IMG/VR virus record: IMGVR_UViG_3300023174_000057
Location: 102,765 to 166,764 of that record
DNA length: 64,000 nt
Reading direction: 5' to 3' (one strand)
Source of the DNA: a virus
In this document: piece by piece, positions 7,703-16,087 of the stretch
How the letters are laid out: the number at the start of each line of letters is the position of its first letter
Position numbering within the stretch: the stretch's first letter is position 1
The notes under the pieces: model-generated
What the model was told of the DNA's origin: nothing
Database searches by the model: none
Seen by the model: only the letters and a program-made list of their open reading frames with translations
Translations under genes and position numbers: made by a program

Positions 7703-10162
7703 ATGGCCTCGATTCAGTACAACAAGATCCTCGCAGTTCCCTCTTCGGGCCTCAAGAACCCGGCGGCTCCCAAGGCCGTTGACAGCCTCGCCCTGTCTCT
7801 CGCTGAGACGAGCATTCAGCTCGGCGCGAGCGGCTTCTTCAAGCTGCTCGACAGCGCGGGCGACAGCCTCCTCAACGCCCAGAACTCGGCCATCTCGTTC
7901 GCCCCGGACGCGAGCTTCTCGCAGGACCTCACGGTCAGCGGCGACACCATCCTCGCGGCCCTCTCGGCCACGAACGCCTCGTTCTCGGGCACGCTCGGCG
8001 TGACCGGGGCGTCCACCCTCGGCGTGCTCCACGCGGGCGCGACGGACGTGGACAGCCTCTCGGTGGACGTGGACGCCTCGGTGGGCGGCGAGCTCACGGT
8101 CAGCGGCGACTCGAACCTCGCGGACCTGTACGCGGCGGCGGCTTCGTTCTCGGGTGACGTGTCCGTCTCGGGCAACCTGACGGTCAACGGCAAGGTCACC
8201 ACGATCAACTCGGACCAGATCATGGTCCACGATCCGATCATGGTGCTGGCCGACGGCAACACGGCGGACACCTTCGACATCGGTTTCGTGGGCAAGCGCA
8301 AGAACGGCGCGGCCTTCGAGAACGTGTCGTTCTTCTACGACCAGTCGGCGGGCGAGTTCGCCGTCGCCAACGTCGGCACGACCTACGGTCAGGACGGCAG
8401 CAACAACTACCAGTCCCTCACCGTGGCGTCCTACATGGACCTCCACATCGCGGACCTCGCTGCGGCCAGCGCGGACTTCTCTGCGAACGTGGCGATCTCG
8501 GGCACCCTCTCGGCGGGCAACACCACCGTTGCCGACCTGACGGCTGAGGACGGCACGTTCTCGGGCGACATCGCAGCGGTCAACGCGACCCTCTCGGGCA
8601 ACATCTCCGCGGTGGACGGCACGTTCTCGGGCGACATCTCGGCGGACGACATCTCGGCGGCGACGGCGACCCTCTCGGGTGCCCTCTCGGCGGCTTCGGC
8701 CTCGATCTCTGGCGCGGCCACCATCGGCTCTACGCTCGACGTGACGGGTGCCCTCTCGGCGGCTTCGGCCAGCATCACGGGCGCGATGTCTTCGGGCTCC
8801 GTCTCGACGGGGAACATCAGCGCCACGGGCTCGGCCACCGTTGCCGGTGCGCTCTCGGCGGGCGCGACGGACGTGGACAGCCTCGCCGTGGACGGCAACG
8901 CCTCGGTGGGTGGGAACATCACCGCCGTCGATGCGACCCTCTCGGGTGACCTCGCCGCCGTGGACGCGGCCCTCTCGGGCGACCTCTCGGCGGTTGACGC
9001 CACCCTCTCGGGTGACCTCGCCGCCGTGGACGGCACGTTCTCGGGCAACCTCGCCGCTGTGGATGCGACCCTCTCGGGTGACCTCGCTGCGGTGGACGCC
9101 ACCCTCTCGGGCGACCTCGCCGCCGTCGATGCGACCCTCTCGGGTGACCTCTCGGCTGTGGACGCGGCCCTCTCGGGCAACGCCACCATCGCGGGTACGC
9201 TCGGCGTGACGGGAGCCCTCTCGGGCTCTTCGGCCTCGTTCAGCGCCAACATCGCTGCGGTTGACGCCACCCTCTCGGGCGACCTCGCTGCGGTTGACGC
9301 CACCCTCTCGGGCGACCTCACGGTCGCGGGTGCGGCGGACCTCGACGCCCTCACCGCTTCGGGCGCGGTTCACTTCACGGCGACTGACGATGTCCTCTCC
9401 ATCACCATCCCCGCGATGGCGGTCACCGAGAACTACGCTCTCGAAGTCGAGGGCGGCGTCCACATGGACGGCCACCTCTACCTCGCCAAGACGGGCGGCT
9501 CGCTCAACCTGAGCAGTTCTCCCGTCACCCCCGACTTCATGGTCGATGGCAAGTCGGTCTTCGCCGCGCGTCTGCAATCGGGCTCGGCGTCGAACCCCGA
9601 CTTCATGGTGAACGGTCACGCCCGGTTCAACTCGGGCTTCGCGGTGGACAGCGAGGAAGTGGCCTCGATCCGCGTCGGCAACGTGGCGGGCGACGCCATC
9701 TCGTTCTCGACGGGCACGGACGGCCACATCCACCTCGACGCTGCCAAGATCCTCCGTCTCTCGGCGGATCAGGGCATCGCGACGAACCACACCGCGAACG
9801 CCTCGGGCGCGGTGGCGGCGAACCTCGCCGTCTCGGTCAACGCCACGGGGGACTTCGTCGCCGTGCGCGCCAACGAGAAGAACGCCATCGTCCTCGGCGT
9901 GTCGCTCGCCAGCATCGCTGGTGCGTCGTCGGCCAAGGGCAAGGTTGCCGAGTTCGGCAAGGTGGAGATCGCCGTCGAAGGCGGGGCCAGCATCGCCATT
10001 GGCGACCTCCTGTACCTGTCGGCCAGCGAGGCGGGCAAGGTCACGAACGTCGTCCCGGTTGACGCGGACAGCACCGCGTACCTCATGGGCAAGGCCCTCC
10101 AAGCCCCCGTCGCGGGCAAGGTCAGCATCGCGCTGCACCGCCAGTTCCTCTACAACAACTGA
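7703..10162 (+). CDS. Fibre-like virion protein with 11-aa repeats and C-terminal capsid-cement-like (DUF2190-like) domain; putative head fibre
   Basis: AVDATLSGDLA repeats; GNLTVNGKVTTINS fibre-type segment; C-terminal GDLLYLS..EAGKVT...MGKA. Confidence 0.65.
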   Translation: MASIQYNKILAVPSSGLKNPAAPKAVDSLALSLAETSIQLGASGFFKLLDSAGDSLLNAQNSAISFAPDASFSQDLTVSGDTILAALSATNASFSGTLGVTGASTLGVLHAGATDVDSLSVDVDASVGGELTVSGDSNLADLYAAAASFSGDVSVSGNLTVNGKVTTINSDQIMVHDPIMVLADGNTADTFDIGFVGKRKNGAAFENVSFFYDQSAGEFAVANVGTTYGQDGSNNYQSLTVASYMDLHIADLAAASADFSANVAISGTLSAGNTTVADLTAEDGTFSGDIAAVNATLSGNISAVDGTFSGDISADDISAATATLSGALSAASASISGAATIGSTLDVTGALSAASASITGAMSSGSVSTGNISATGSATVAGALSAGATDVDSLAVDGNASVGGNITAVDATLSGDLAAVDAALSGDLSAVDATLSGDLAAVDGTFSGNLAAVDATLSGDLAAVDATLSGDLAAVDATLSGDLSAVDAALSGNATIAGTLGVTGALSGSSASFSANIAAVDATLSGDLAAVDATLSGDLTVAGAADLDALTASGAVHFTATDDVLSITIPAMAVTENYALEVEGGVHMDGHLYLAKTGGSLNLSSSPVTPDFMVDGKSVFAARLQSGSASNPDFMVNGHARFNSGFAVDSEEVASIRVGNVAGDAISFSTGTDGHIHLDAAKILRLSADQGIATNHTANASGAVAANLAVSVNATGDFVAVRANEKNAIVLGVSLASIAGASSAKGKVAEFGKVEIAVEGGASIAIGDLLYLSASEAGKVTNVVPVDADSTAYLMGKALQAPVAGKVSIALHRQFLYNN
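8924..9187 (+). repeat. In-frame 33-bp tandem repeat (8 units; further copies near 8540-8670 and 9257-9320)
   Basis: Encodes AVD(A/G)(T/A)(L/F)SG(D/N)L(A/S) units. Confidence 0.85.
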
Positions 10163-10203
10163 GTGACCCGGTAGCCCTCGCGCTACCGACACTCCCCTGC
10201 CGG

Positions 10204-10245
10204 AAAACCTCCCAGAGGCATCGCCCTCTGGGGGGTTTTCTTTTT
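10204..10245 (+). terminator. Rho-independent terminator
   Basis: AAAACCTCCCAGAGG-loop-CCTCTGGGGGGTTTT followed by CTTTTT. Confidence 0.8.
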
Positions 10246-10262
10246 ATAGGGCGGGGTGTTCG

Positions 10263-10673
10263 ATGTCCGACGAGAGCGCCCCGCAAGTCAACAAGTACCT
10301 TCACATGGGCCTCGGGGAAGCCGTGCGTAGGCTCCTCGACGTTGAGATCCAGTACCGGCACGGCCAGCGGGGGGAAGCCCTCGTGAAAGAACGCGACCTG
10401 ATTCTATCGGCCCTGAACCGGGTCGAGCTTCAGCTAGGGTTCGATTGCAACTCCGATGGGGTGCCCGACACCGTGGAGATTTTTCAGCAAGCTGCGGAAA
10501 CCTCCTGCTGCCGTATCACCTCGTTCGACCCTCCCGCCGCGCCCGCCCCCAAGGGGGAGTCCCTCATCGTTCTCGATTCCTCGCGGTCGCCCGACCCCCC
10601 CGCGACGGTCGAAACCGTCGCGGAGTCTGAAGGTCTATTCGCCCGACTGTTCGGAACAGGTAAGAAGAAATGA
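10263..10673 (+). CDS. Hypothetical protein with DxNxDG Ca-binding-like motif
   Basis: FDCNSDGVPD motif; ATGA overlap with next gene. Confidence 0.6.
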   Translation: MSDESAPQVNKYLHMGLGEAVRRLLDVEIQYRHGQRGEALVKERDLILSALNRVELQLGFDCNSDGVPDTVEIFQQAAETSCCRITSFDPPAAPAPKGESLIVLDSSRSPDPPATVETVAESEGLFARLFGTGKKK

Positions 10674-10954
10674 CCCCCTCGATCCCCTACCTCCTCGCAG
10701 CCTACGGGCTCACGTTCGGCCTGCAAAACAAGGCTCCGTTCCTTCGCGGGAAGTTTCGGTTCACCGATGCTCTGCTGAAGTGCAGCTATTGCACGGGGTT
10801 CCACGCAGGGTGGGTCACCTACCTCGCGTCCGTCCCGCTAGAACACTCGCACCTGACAAGGTGGTCCCTCGTCGCCGCCTTGGTGTGGGCGTTCGCCTCG
10901 TCGGCCTTCAGCTACTCCGTGGACACCGCCGTGCGACGCTTGGAGACTAAGTAG
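10670..10954 (+). CDS. Small membrane protein (DUF1360-like)
   Basis: Hydrophobic helices flanking LLKCSYCTGFHAGW. Confidence 0.55.
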   Translation: MTPSIPYLLAAYGLTFGLQNKAPFLRGKFRFTDALLKCSYCTGFHAGWVTYLASVPLEHSHLTRWSLVAALVWAFASSAFSYSVDTAVRRLETK

Positions 10955-10958
10955 CCTC

Positions 10959-11429
10959 GTGCCCCTCGTCGTCATCCCCCGTAACCCGTCTACGTCTACC
11001 TCGACGAACGTCGTCATCGACGGGGCCGTGTTCACGCCCCCCGGCGAACCCCCTATCTCGGGCGGCACGGGAACCCTTCGGTATCTGGGGATGGCCGTCG
11101 GTGCCCTCATGGACCCCGCAACGGGACAACTCAACCTGTTCCCCGTGAGCTCCCGCACGGAAGACAACCCGCAGATGTTCTACGGGTTCCTCACGGGCAT
11201 GGGCGGGTCGGGAATCATCGTCGCCACGGGGCGGGGTTCCATCGTCACCCCGCTGTCCGAGGACGAAGGACCCCTTGAACCGGGGAAAGACGTGTTTCTG
11301 TCTCTCGTACCCGGCTACGTCACCCAAGGGTACGAGATGGAAACCGAAGGCGGGGCGTACCTGCGGATCGGATACGCCCTCGACGGAACCCGCATCGTCC
11401 TCGCCACCGACACCCGCATTCAGTTCTGA
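10959..11429 (+). CDS. Capsid cement/decoration-like protein
   Basis: PGKDVFLSLVPGYVT...LRIGYA resembles the C-terminus of the 7703 protein. Confidence 0.5.
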   Translation: MPLVVIPRNPSTSTSTNVVIDGAVFTPPGEPPISGGTGTLRYLGMAVGALMDPATGQLNLFPVSSRTEDNPQMFYGFLTGMGGSGIIVATGRGSIVTPLSEDEGPLEPGKDVFLSLVPGYVTQGYEMETEGGAYLRIGYALDGTRIVLATDTRIQF

Positions 11430-11479
11430 GAGACTGCCATGACCCCCAGAACACCGCAGAGCCCCTGTAGGAGGAACCC

Positions 11480-12250
11480 ATGTCAGTAGTCTTCAACCCC
11501 GGACAGACCATCGGGCAGGGTGATCTAGACATCTTCCTGACCAACGCGGGCGGGTTCCCGGCGAACGCCTACAGCATCACCTACGCCATCTACTACGTCT
11601 CCCCCGGACCGCCTGAGACGGAGGTGCTCATCGGGTCCGCCACCCGCACGCCCGTCAACCCCACGGTGGGCGAGTACTACGCCTCCCTCACCGTGCCCGC
11701 GATGGCGACGCCCGGTGACTATCGCATCCGGTGGACGTTCCAGCAGTTCGCGGGTTCGCCCCCGCAACAAGTGGTGATGGAGTGGGGCGTCGTCTCGGCA
11801 GGGCTCATCGCCGTGGGTGCGTACAGCACCCTCACCCAAGGGATGATCGACAAGTTGCGGATTTTACTCCGCGACAACGCTCCAGATCGCAACTACCACT
11901 TCAGACCCCCGGAGGCCGAAGGCAACATTGGCGCTTACAACCGCGTCTTCGGTTACGTCTGGCAGGACAACGAGCTCTTCGAGTACCTAGAGCGCGGCAT
12001 GGACTGGTGGAACATGATGCCGCCCTCTACGGGCGGCTTCACCCTCGACCAGATGGTCCAGCAGAAGCCCGAGTGGCGCACGGCGGTCCTCTGGGACGCC
12101 ATCACCCACGCTTGCTTCGCCCTCGCGTGCAACTGGGTCGTTGACGAGTTCTCGGTGAGTTCTGTTACACTACTTCACCTATCCCTGCCCGATGGTAGGA
12201 AGGTCGAGGTACCCATTGGCGAGCTCTACGACATCTGCACCGACGAGTGA
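11480..12250 (+). CDS. Putative head-tail adaptor/neck protein, N-extein fused to a 32-aa split-intein N-fragment
   Basis: AGGAGG RBS; ends ...WVVDEF|SVSSVTLLHLSLPDGRKVEVPIGELYDICTDE*; neck role inferred from context only. Confidence 0.7.
   Translation: MSVVFNPGQTIGQGDLDIFLTNAGGFPANAYSITYAIYYVSPGPPETEVLIGSATRTPVNPTVGEYYASLTVPAMATPGDYRIRWTFQQFAGSPPQQVVMEWGVVSAGLIAVGAYSTLTQGMIDKLRILLRDNAPDRNYHFRPPEAEGNIGAYNRVFGYVWQDNELFEYLERGMDWWNMMPPSTGGFTLDQMVQQKPEWRTAVLWDAITHACFALACNWVVDEFSVSSVTLLHLSLPDGRKVEVPIGELYDICTDE
12152..12247 (+). mobile_element. Split intein N-fragment (Ser1, block A)
   Basis: S-V-x-x-x-T...PDG...V-P-I-G-E-L-Y resembles intein block A; codon usage turns more AT-rich at 12152. Confidence 0.7.
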
Positions 12251-13196
12251 CCTGTCTCCCCGTCAAGTGTCCGTTCGGTACGGGTTCAACACCCGCGCCG
12301 TGATGGAGCTCATCTATGACGGGGAGCTCGTCCTACAGGGCCGCAAGATCACCGCTGCGAGCCTCGCCTCCCTCGTCGAAGGGGAGCACTACGTTCGGTG
12401 CCGGGAGTGTGGGGCGTCCGCCGCGATGATCCACTCGGCACACCTGAAGGCGTGTTCCGGCTTGGTTTCGCTGGGCGAGTACCTAGCGAAGCATCCCGGT
12501 GCGCCCGTAATGTCGGAGCGGAACAAGGCCCGGAAAGCCAAGACCCCGGCACAGCGGGTGGCTCAATCACAGAAGCTCAAGGCCCGGTTCCAGACCGACG
12601 AGGGTGAACGCACCCGCCGACAAATTGCAGACGCCTCGCGGCAGATGCAGTCGTCGGAGTCCGGGCAACGCTGCAAGGACCACCTCCGCAAGATGAACGC
12701 GGACCCCGCCGTCAAAGCGCAACGTAGGGCCGACACCAAAGCCCGGTGGGAGTCGGGCAACCTTCGTGAGACGGTCGAAGGGTGGCATCGCGAGCACCGC
12801 GACGAGTCCCTGTCGTCGGCCCTCCACGCTAGGCGCTACATCCAGCGAAAGCGTACCAAGCTCCACCTTGGGTTCAAGGCCCTCATGGAGAGCAACGGCC
12901 TCACCGGGTTCATCACCGAGCACGAGGTCGGGTACTACGCCCTCGACGAAGCCCGCCCCGACTTGAAGATCGCTGTCGAGGTAGACGGCTGCTACTATCA
13001 CTCTTGTCTCCAATGCGGGCTCAAGGGTCCGGGAGGCACGCTCCGCACGGACAAGGCCAAGACCACCTACCTGACCCCTCGCGGGTGGACGGTGATCCGC
13101 ATTTGGGAGCACGACATCAACCGCGACCCTATGGCGTGCCTAGAACGTATCCGCCGACACATCGCGGACAAGGGACGTGAGAACCATGCTGGATGA
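12192..13196 (+). CDS. Free-standing Vsr/DUF559-like homing endonuclease (start uncertain)
   Basis: CRECG...HLKAC Zn finger; YALDEARPDLKIAVEVDGCYYH...DKAKT...GWTVIRIWEHD. Confidence 0.8.
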   Translation: MVGRSRYPLASSTTSAPTSDLSPRQVSVRYGFNTRAVMELIYDGELVLQGRKITAASLASLVEGEHYVRCRECGASAAMIHSAHLKACSGLVSLGEYLAKHPGAPVMSERNKARKAKTPAQRVAQSQKLKARFQTDEGERTRRQIADASRQMQSSESGQRCKDHLRKMNADPAVKAQRRADTKARWESGNLRETVEGWHREHRDESLSSALHARRYIQRKRTKLHLGFKALMESNGLTGFITEHEVGYYALDEARPDLKIAVEVDGCYYHSCLQCGLKGPGGTLRTDKAKTTYLTPRGWTVIRIWEHDINRDPMACLERIRRHIADKGRENHAG

Positions 13197-13815
13197 AGCA
13201 ACCCGAGCCGCAATCCGCGAAGCCTACCGAGCGGGCACCCTCAAGGTCGAAGCCGTGGACCCCGCGACGGGCGCGGCCTCCCTACAGACCGTCACCGCCG
13301 TCCTGAAACACAACACCCACCACAAAGACATGGTGCGGGTGACGCTGGCGGACGGTCGCTGGGTGGAATGCACCGTGGACCACAGCCTCTTCGCGATGGC
13401 CGGGGAAGGCGTCACGCCCGTCCTCGCCGGGGAACTCCGCGTCGGGTCTGTCATCGCCACGGTGTCCCAAGGGGTAGCCGCGGGCGTCGGAGTCGCTTCG
13501 GTGGTAGCCCTACCCCCCGAGGAACACACCTACGACCTGTCCGTGCCGGGACCGCAGAACTTCGTCCTCGCCAATGGAATCCTCGCCCACAACTCGTACT
13601 CCATCGGTGGCGTCTCGTTGGACATCGAGAAGAGCTCCAAGTACGAGAGCCTGAAGCAGAACGCTGAGTCACAGTTCGACAAAGCGGCGGAAGCCAAGGC
13701 CCGCACCGTCAAGTTCATCCGTGGCATCCAGCAGCCCAAGTACGGCATCGGTATCCGCTCCAGTTTCGGACCGTTTGTAGGTAGAGGGGTGTTGAGCCCC
13801 CGTAATTTCCTTTGA
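13186..13815 (+). CDS. Split intein C-fragment (136 aa) fused to the C-extein of the neck-like protein
   Basis: Block B ECTVDHSLF; block F/G YDLSVPGPQNFVLANGILAHN|SYSIGG (junction 13593/13594). Confidence 0.85.
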   Translation: MLDEATRAAIREAYRAGTLKVEAVDPATGAASLQTVTAVLKHNTHHKDMVRVTLADGRWVECTVDHSLFAMAGEGVTPVLAGELRVGSVIATVSQGVAAGVGVASVVALPPEEHTYDLSVPGPQNFVLANGILAHNSYSIGGVSLDIEKSSKYESLKQNAESQFDKAAEAKARTVKFIRGIQQPKYGIGIRSSFGPFVGRGVLSPRNFL

Positions 13816-13880
13816 ACCGTTCGTAGGCAGCGGGGTATTGACTCCTCGAATCAGAGCCCCCGCCCTCAACGAAAAGTATG

Positions 13881-13917
13881 GTATCGGGGTTGACTTCCCC
13901 GATACGGGGCTTACGAT
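13881..13917 (+). promoter_or_regulatory. Sigma70-like promoter with overlapping palindrome
   Basis: TTGACT-N16-TACGAT, 7 nt before ATG 13925; GTATCGGGG-N7-CCCCGATAC inverted repeat. Confidence 0.5.
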
Positions 13918-13924
13918 TCGGGTC

Positions 13925-15406
13925 ATGGAAGACCGACCCGAAGCCCCGTGCCCCGCCTGTAAACAATCCGTTCCCCTCAAGGGCCTCGCGAAGCACGCCT
14001 CGGGGTGTTCGCAATGGGGCACGCTAGGCGTGCCCGCGCTCCAGTTCAACTGGGACAGGTACTTCAAGCGCGGCGTCTACGCGGACGGGTTGACGGAGGG
14101 CACCGACTACGTTCGGTGCCTAGAGTGCCCGGACGGGGCGCGGGGAGACCGGGGCCTTCGCTTGATGGATCACGTCAAGAAGGTCCACGGCTTGACGAAA
14201 GAGGCGTACATCGAACGGCATCCGGGGGCTCTTCTCAACGTCCCCGGCACCCTAGAGCGCCGCAAGGCTACAGTATCGGAGCGGTACGACGGGGCGACCA
14301 ACGTGTTCCAAGTGCCCGACGTGAAGGATCGCATTCGGGACGTGATGGCCGAGAAGTACGGGGGCATGGGGGTGGGTTCCCCAGAGCTCCGAGCGAGGGT
14401 TGAGCAGACGAACGAGGTCCGGTATGGGAGTGCCAACCCGTTCGGGTCTGACAAGGTGCAGGAGAAGATTCGGGCGACGTGGCGGGAGAAGTACCAGTGC
14501 GACAACCCCAACCAGTCTCCAGAGATCATGGCGAAGCGTATTGCCACGAACCGCAAGACGCACGGCGCGGATCACTACGTCGAGACCGCCGAGTTCAAGG
14601 GGAAGTTCAAGGCGGCGAGCCAAGAGCGGTTCAAGGCGGACCATCCGATGCAATCGAAAGAGGGGCGCGAGTTGTGGGGTGCCGGATGCGTCGAGAAGCT
14701 GGGAGTAGATAACCCTCTCAAAGACCCGGACATCTATCAGAAGTCCTACGAGTCCAACCTCACCAACCACGGCGGGAAGCACTCGCAGCAGTGCCCGGAG
14801 GTGCTGGAGAAGGCACGGGCGACGTGGCGGGAGAAGTACAACACGGACAACCCGTCGAAGGTCGAAGCTGTCAAGCAGAAGATCAAGGACGTGTGGGAGG
14901 GGAAGTACGGGGTTCCGTTTCCGCCGCAGAGCTTGTGGCTGAACCAGACGCACTCGTCTCCCAACGGGCTGGAGCGGAAGGTTCAAGCGATGCTGCCCGT
15001 GTACGTCCTCTACACGGGTGACAAGACGTACAACGTGCGGTTGCCCGGTACGGCACGGGACAAGTACCCGGACTTCGTGGTGCTGGCCCCGGATCAGTTG
15101 CAAGCCTACCAGTCGGGGACGCCCTTGAAGTCCCTTCGGATTGAAGCCGCCATCGAGGCGTTTGGTTCGTACTGGCACGGCCCGGAGATGACCGGGGTAT
15201 CTCGCGAGGACCACTACAACGGGGTCATGGATTACTACGCCCGGTGCGGCCTTCGGTGTCTGATCCTGTGGGAGCACGACGTGGACAAGCGACCGGGCGA
15301 GGTGGCCGACCGGCTTCGGCGGTTCCTATCCGACGTGGCGGGGTCTGTAACCCATTCGGGCGTCGGGGCCGACCCGTCTGTTCTGGATTTTTTCCGAGGA
15401 GCTTGA
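13925..15406 (+). CDS. Vsr-like homing endonuclease with Zn fingers and KYG.DNP-type repeats
   Basis: CPAC...HASGC; repeats such as TWREKYxxDNP; YPDFV...IEAFGSYWHG...CLILWEHD. Confidence 0.8.
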   Translation: MEDRPEAPCPACKQSVPLKGLAKHASGCSQWGTLGVPALQFNWDRYFKRGVYADGLTEGTDYVRCLECPDGARGDRGLRLMDHVKKVHGLTKEAYIERHPGALLNVPGTLERRKATVSERYDGATNVFQVPDVKDRIRDVMAEKYGGMGVGSPELRARVEQTNEVRYGSANPFGSDKVQEKIRATWREKYQCDNPNQSPEIMAKRIATNRKTHGADHYVETAEFKGKFKAASQERFKADHPMQSKEGRELWGAGCVEKLGVDNPLKDPDIYQKSYESNLTNHGGKHSQQCPEVLEKARATWREKYNTDNPSKVEAVKQKIKDVWEGKYGVPFPPQSLWLNQTHSSPNGLERKVQAMLPVYVLYTGDKTYNVRLPGTARDKYPDFVVLAPDQLQAYQSGTPLKSLRIEAAIEAFGSYWHGPEMTGVSREDHYNGVMDYYARCGLRCLILWEHDVDKRPGEVADRLRRFLSDVAGSVTHSGVGADPSVLDFFRGA

Positions 15407-15409
15407 GAC

Positions 15410-15982
15410 ATGGATTCATTCATCCGTCCGTCACCAATTCGCGCGGTTCACTTCGCCAAGCAGAACGTCACCGAGACGCTTCGGGAGGTGTGGGACGAGG
15501 AGGGGGTGATGTACCAAGGGCAAATTCCATCCGGCGTCAAGGTGGGCGACCCGTTGGTGGTGCGACCCAGTGAGAGGGAGACGTGGTGGTTGGTCGTCGG
15601 GGGCACCGAGAGCGACCTCCGGGCTCGAAGGTGCCGCGCCCGGATCACCTTGATCCGTGACCGGGACGAGGTGGAGTACCTTCAGGGGGAGGTTGAGACG
15701 GCCCTGTTGCGGTTTGCTTCCCGCGAGTTCCCGTCGTATCGGGTAACGGTCGAACGGGACCGGGCTCCGCAGCGCGGGGCCACCCTGTTCGCCGTAGGCC
15801 CGGAGAAGCCTTTGCACTACGGGTCTGGGGGGAAGCTGTCGAAGGGGTGGGCGAACCTCGTTCTTGGGGACATCCCTCACGAGCGGGACGCGAAGCACCC
15901 TTACGTCAGTTCGATCAAAGTGGCCGACGTGGGCACCGAGGACGGTCTTCGGAAGTACCGGATTCGGGCCGATGTTCTCTGA
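15410..15982 (+). CDS. Hypothetical protein
   Basis: 190-aa ORF with GAGGAG RBS. Confidence 0.6.
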   Translation: MDSFIRPSPIRAVHFAKQNVTETLREVWDEEGVMYQGQIPSGVKVGDPLVVRPSERETWWLVVGGTESDLRARRCRARITLIRDRDEVEYLQGEVETALLRFASREFPSYRVTVERDRAPQRGATLFAVGPEKPLHYGSGGKLSKGWANLVLGDIPHERDAKHPYVSSIKVADVGTEDGLRKYRIRADVL

Positions 15983-16043
15983 CATCGGCATCCAGTGTTT
16001 GATCCTGTGGGAGTCCGAGGTGAAGACCGACCCCGAGGGTGTG
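15979..16043 (+). pseudogene. Stranded C-terminal remnant of a Vsr-like endonuclease (continues at 16657-16718)
   Basis: Translates DIGIQCLILWESEVKTDPEGV, similar to CGLRCLILWEHDVDKRPGEV of the 13925 gene. Confidence 0.6.
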
Positions 16044-16070
16044 GGCGATGGTCCAACCCTGTACGCCCGT

Positions 16071-16078
16071 GGGCGTAA
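16071..16078 (+). promoter_or_regulatory. Representative copy of GGGCGTAA promoter-like motif
   Basis: Also at 16711, 17293-17300(-), 22444, 54385-54392(-); 8-9 nt before the start codon in 4 of 5 cases. Confidence 0.6.
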
Positions 16079-16087
16079 CGTCTACCG

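Noticed and set aside
8924-9187. 33-bp repeats as a CRISPR array
   Set aside because: Tandem with no unique spacers, in frame within a protein, and no cas genes
7688-10192. Long antisense ORFs (also 23481-24935, 32601-35387, 60027-63887)
   Set aside because: Shadow frames of high-GC3 + strand genes; Arg/Gly/His-rich with no motifs
12152-13593. Group I intron or frameshifted cis-intein explaining the split gene
   Set aside because: No intron core recognised; both halves have a clean stop/start and the nuclease is a separate overlapping ORF. Not fully excluded without RNA data
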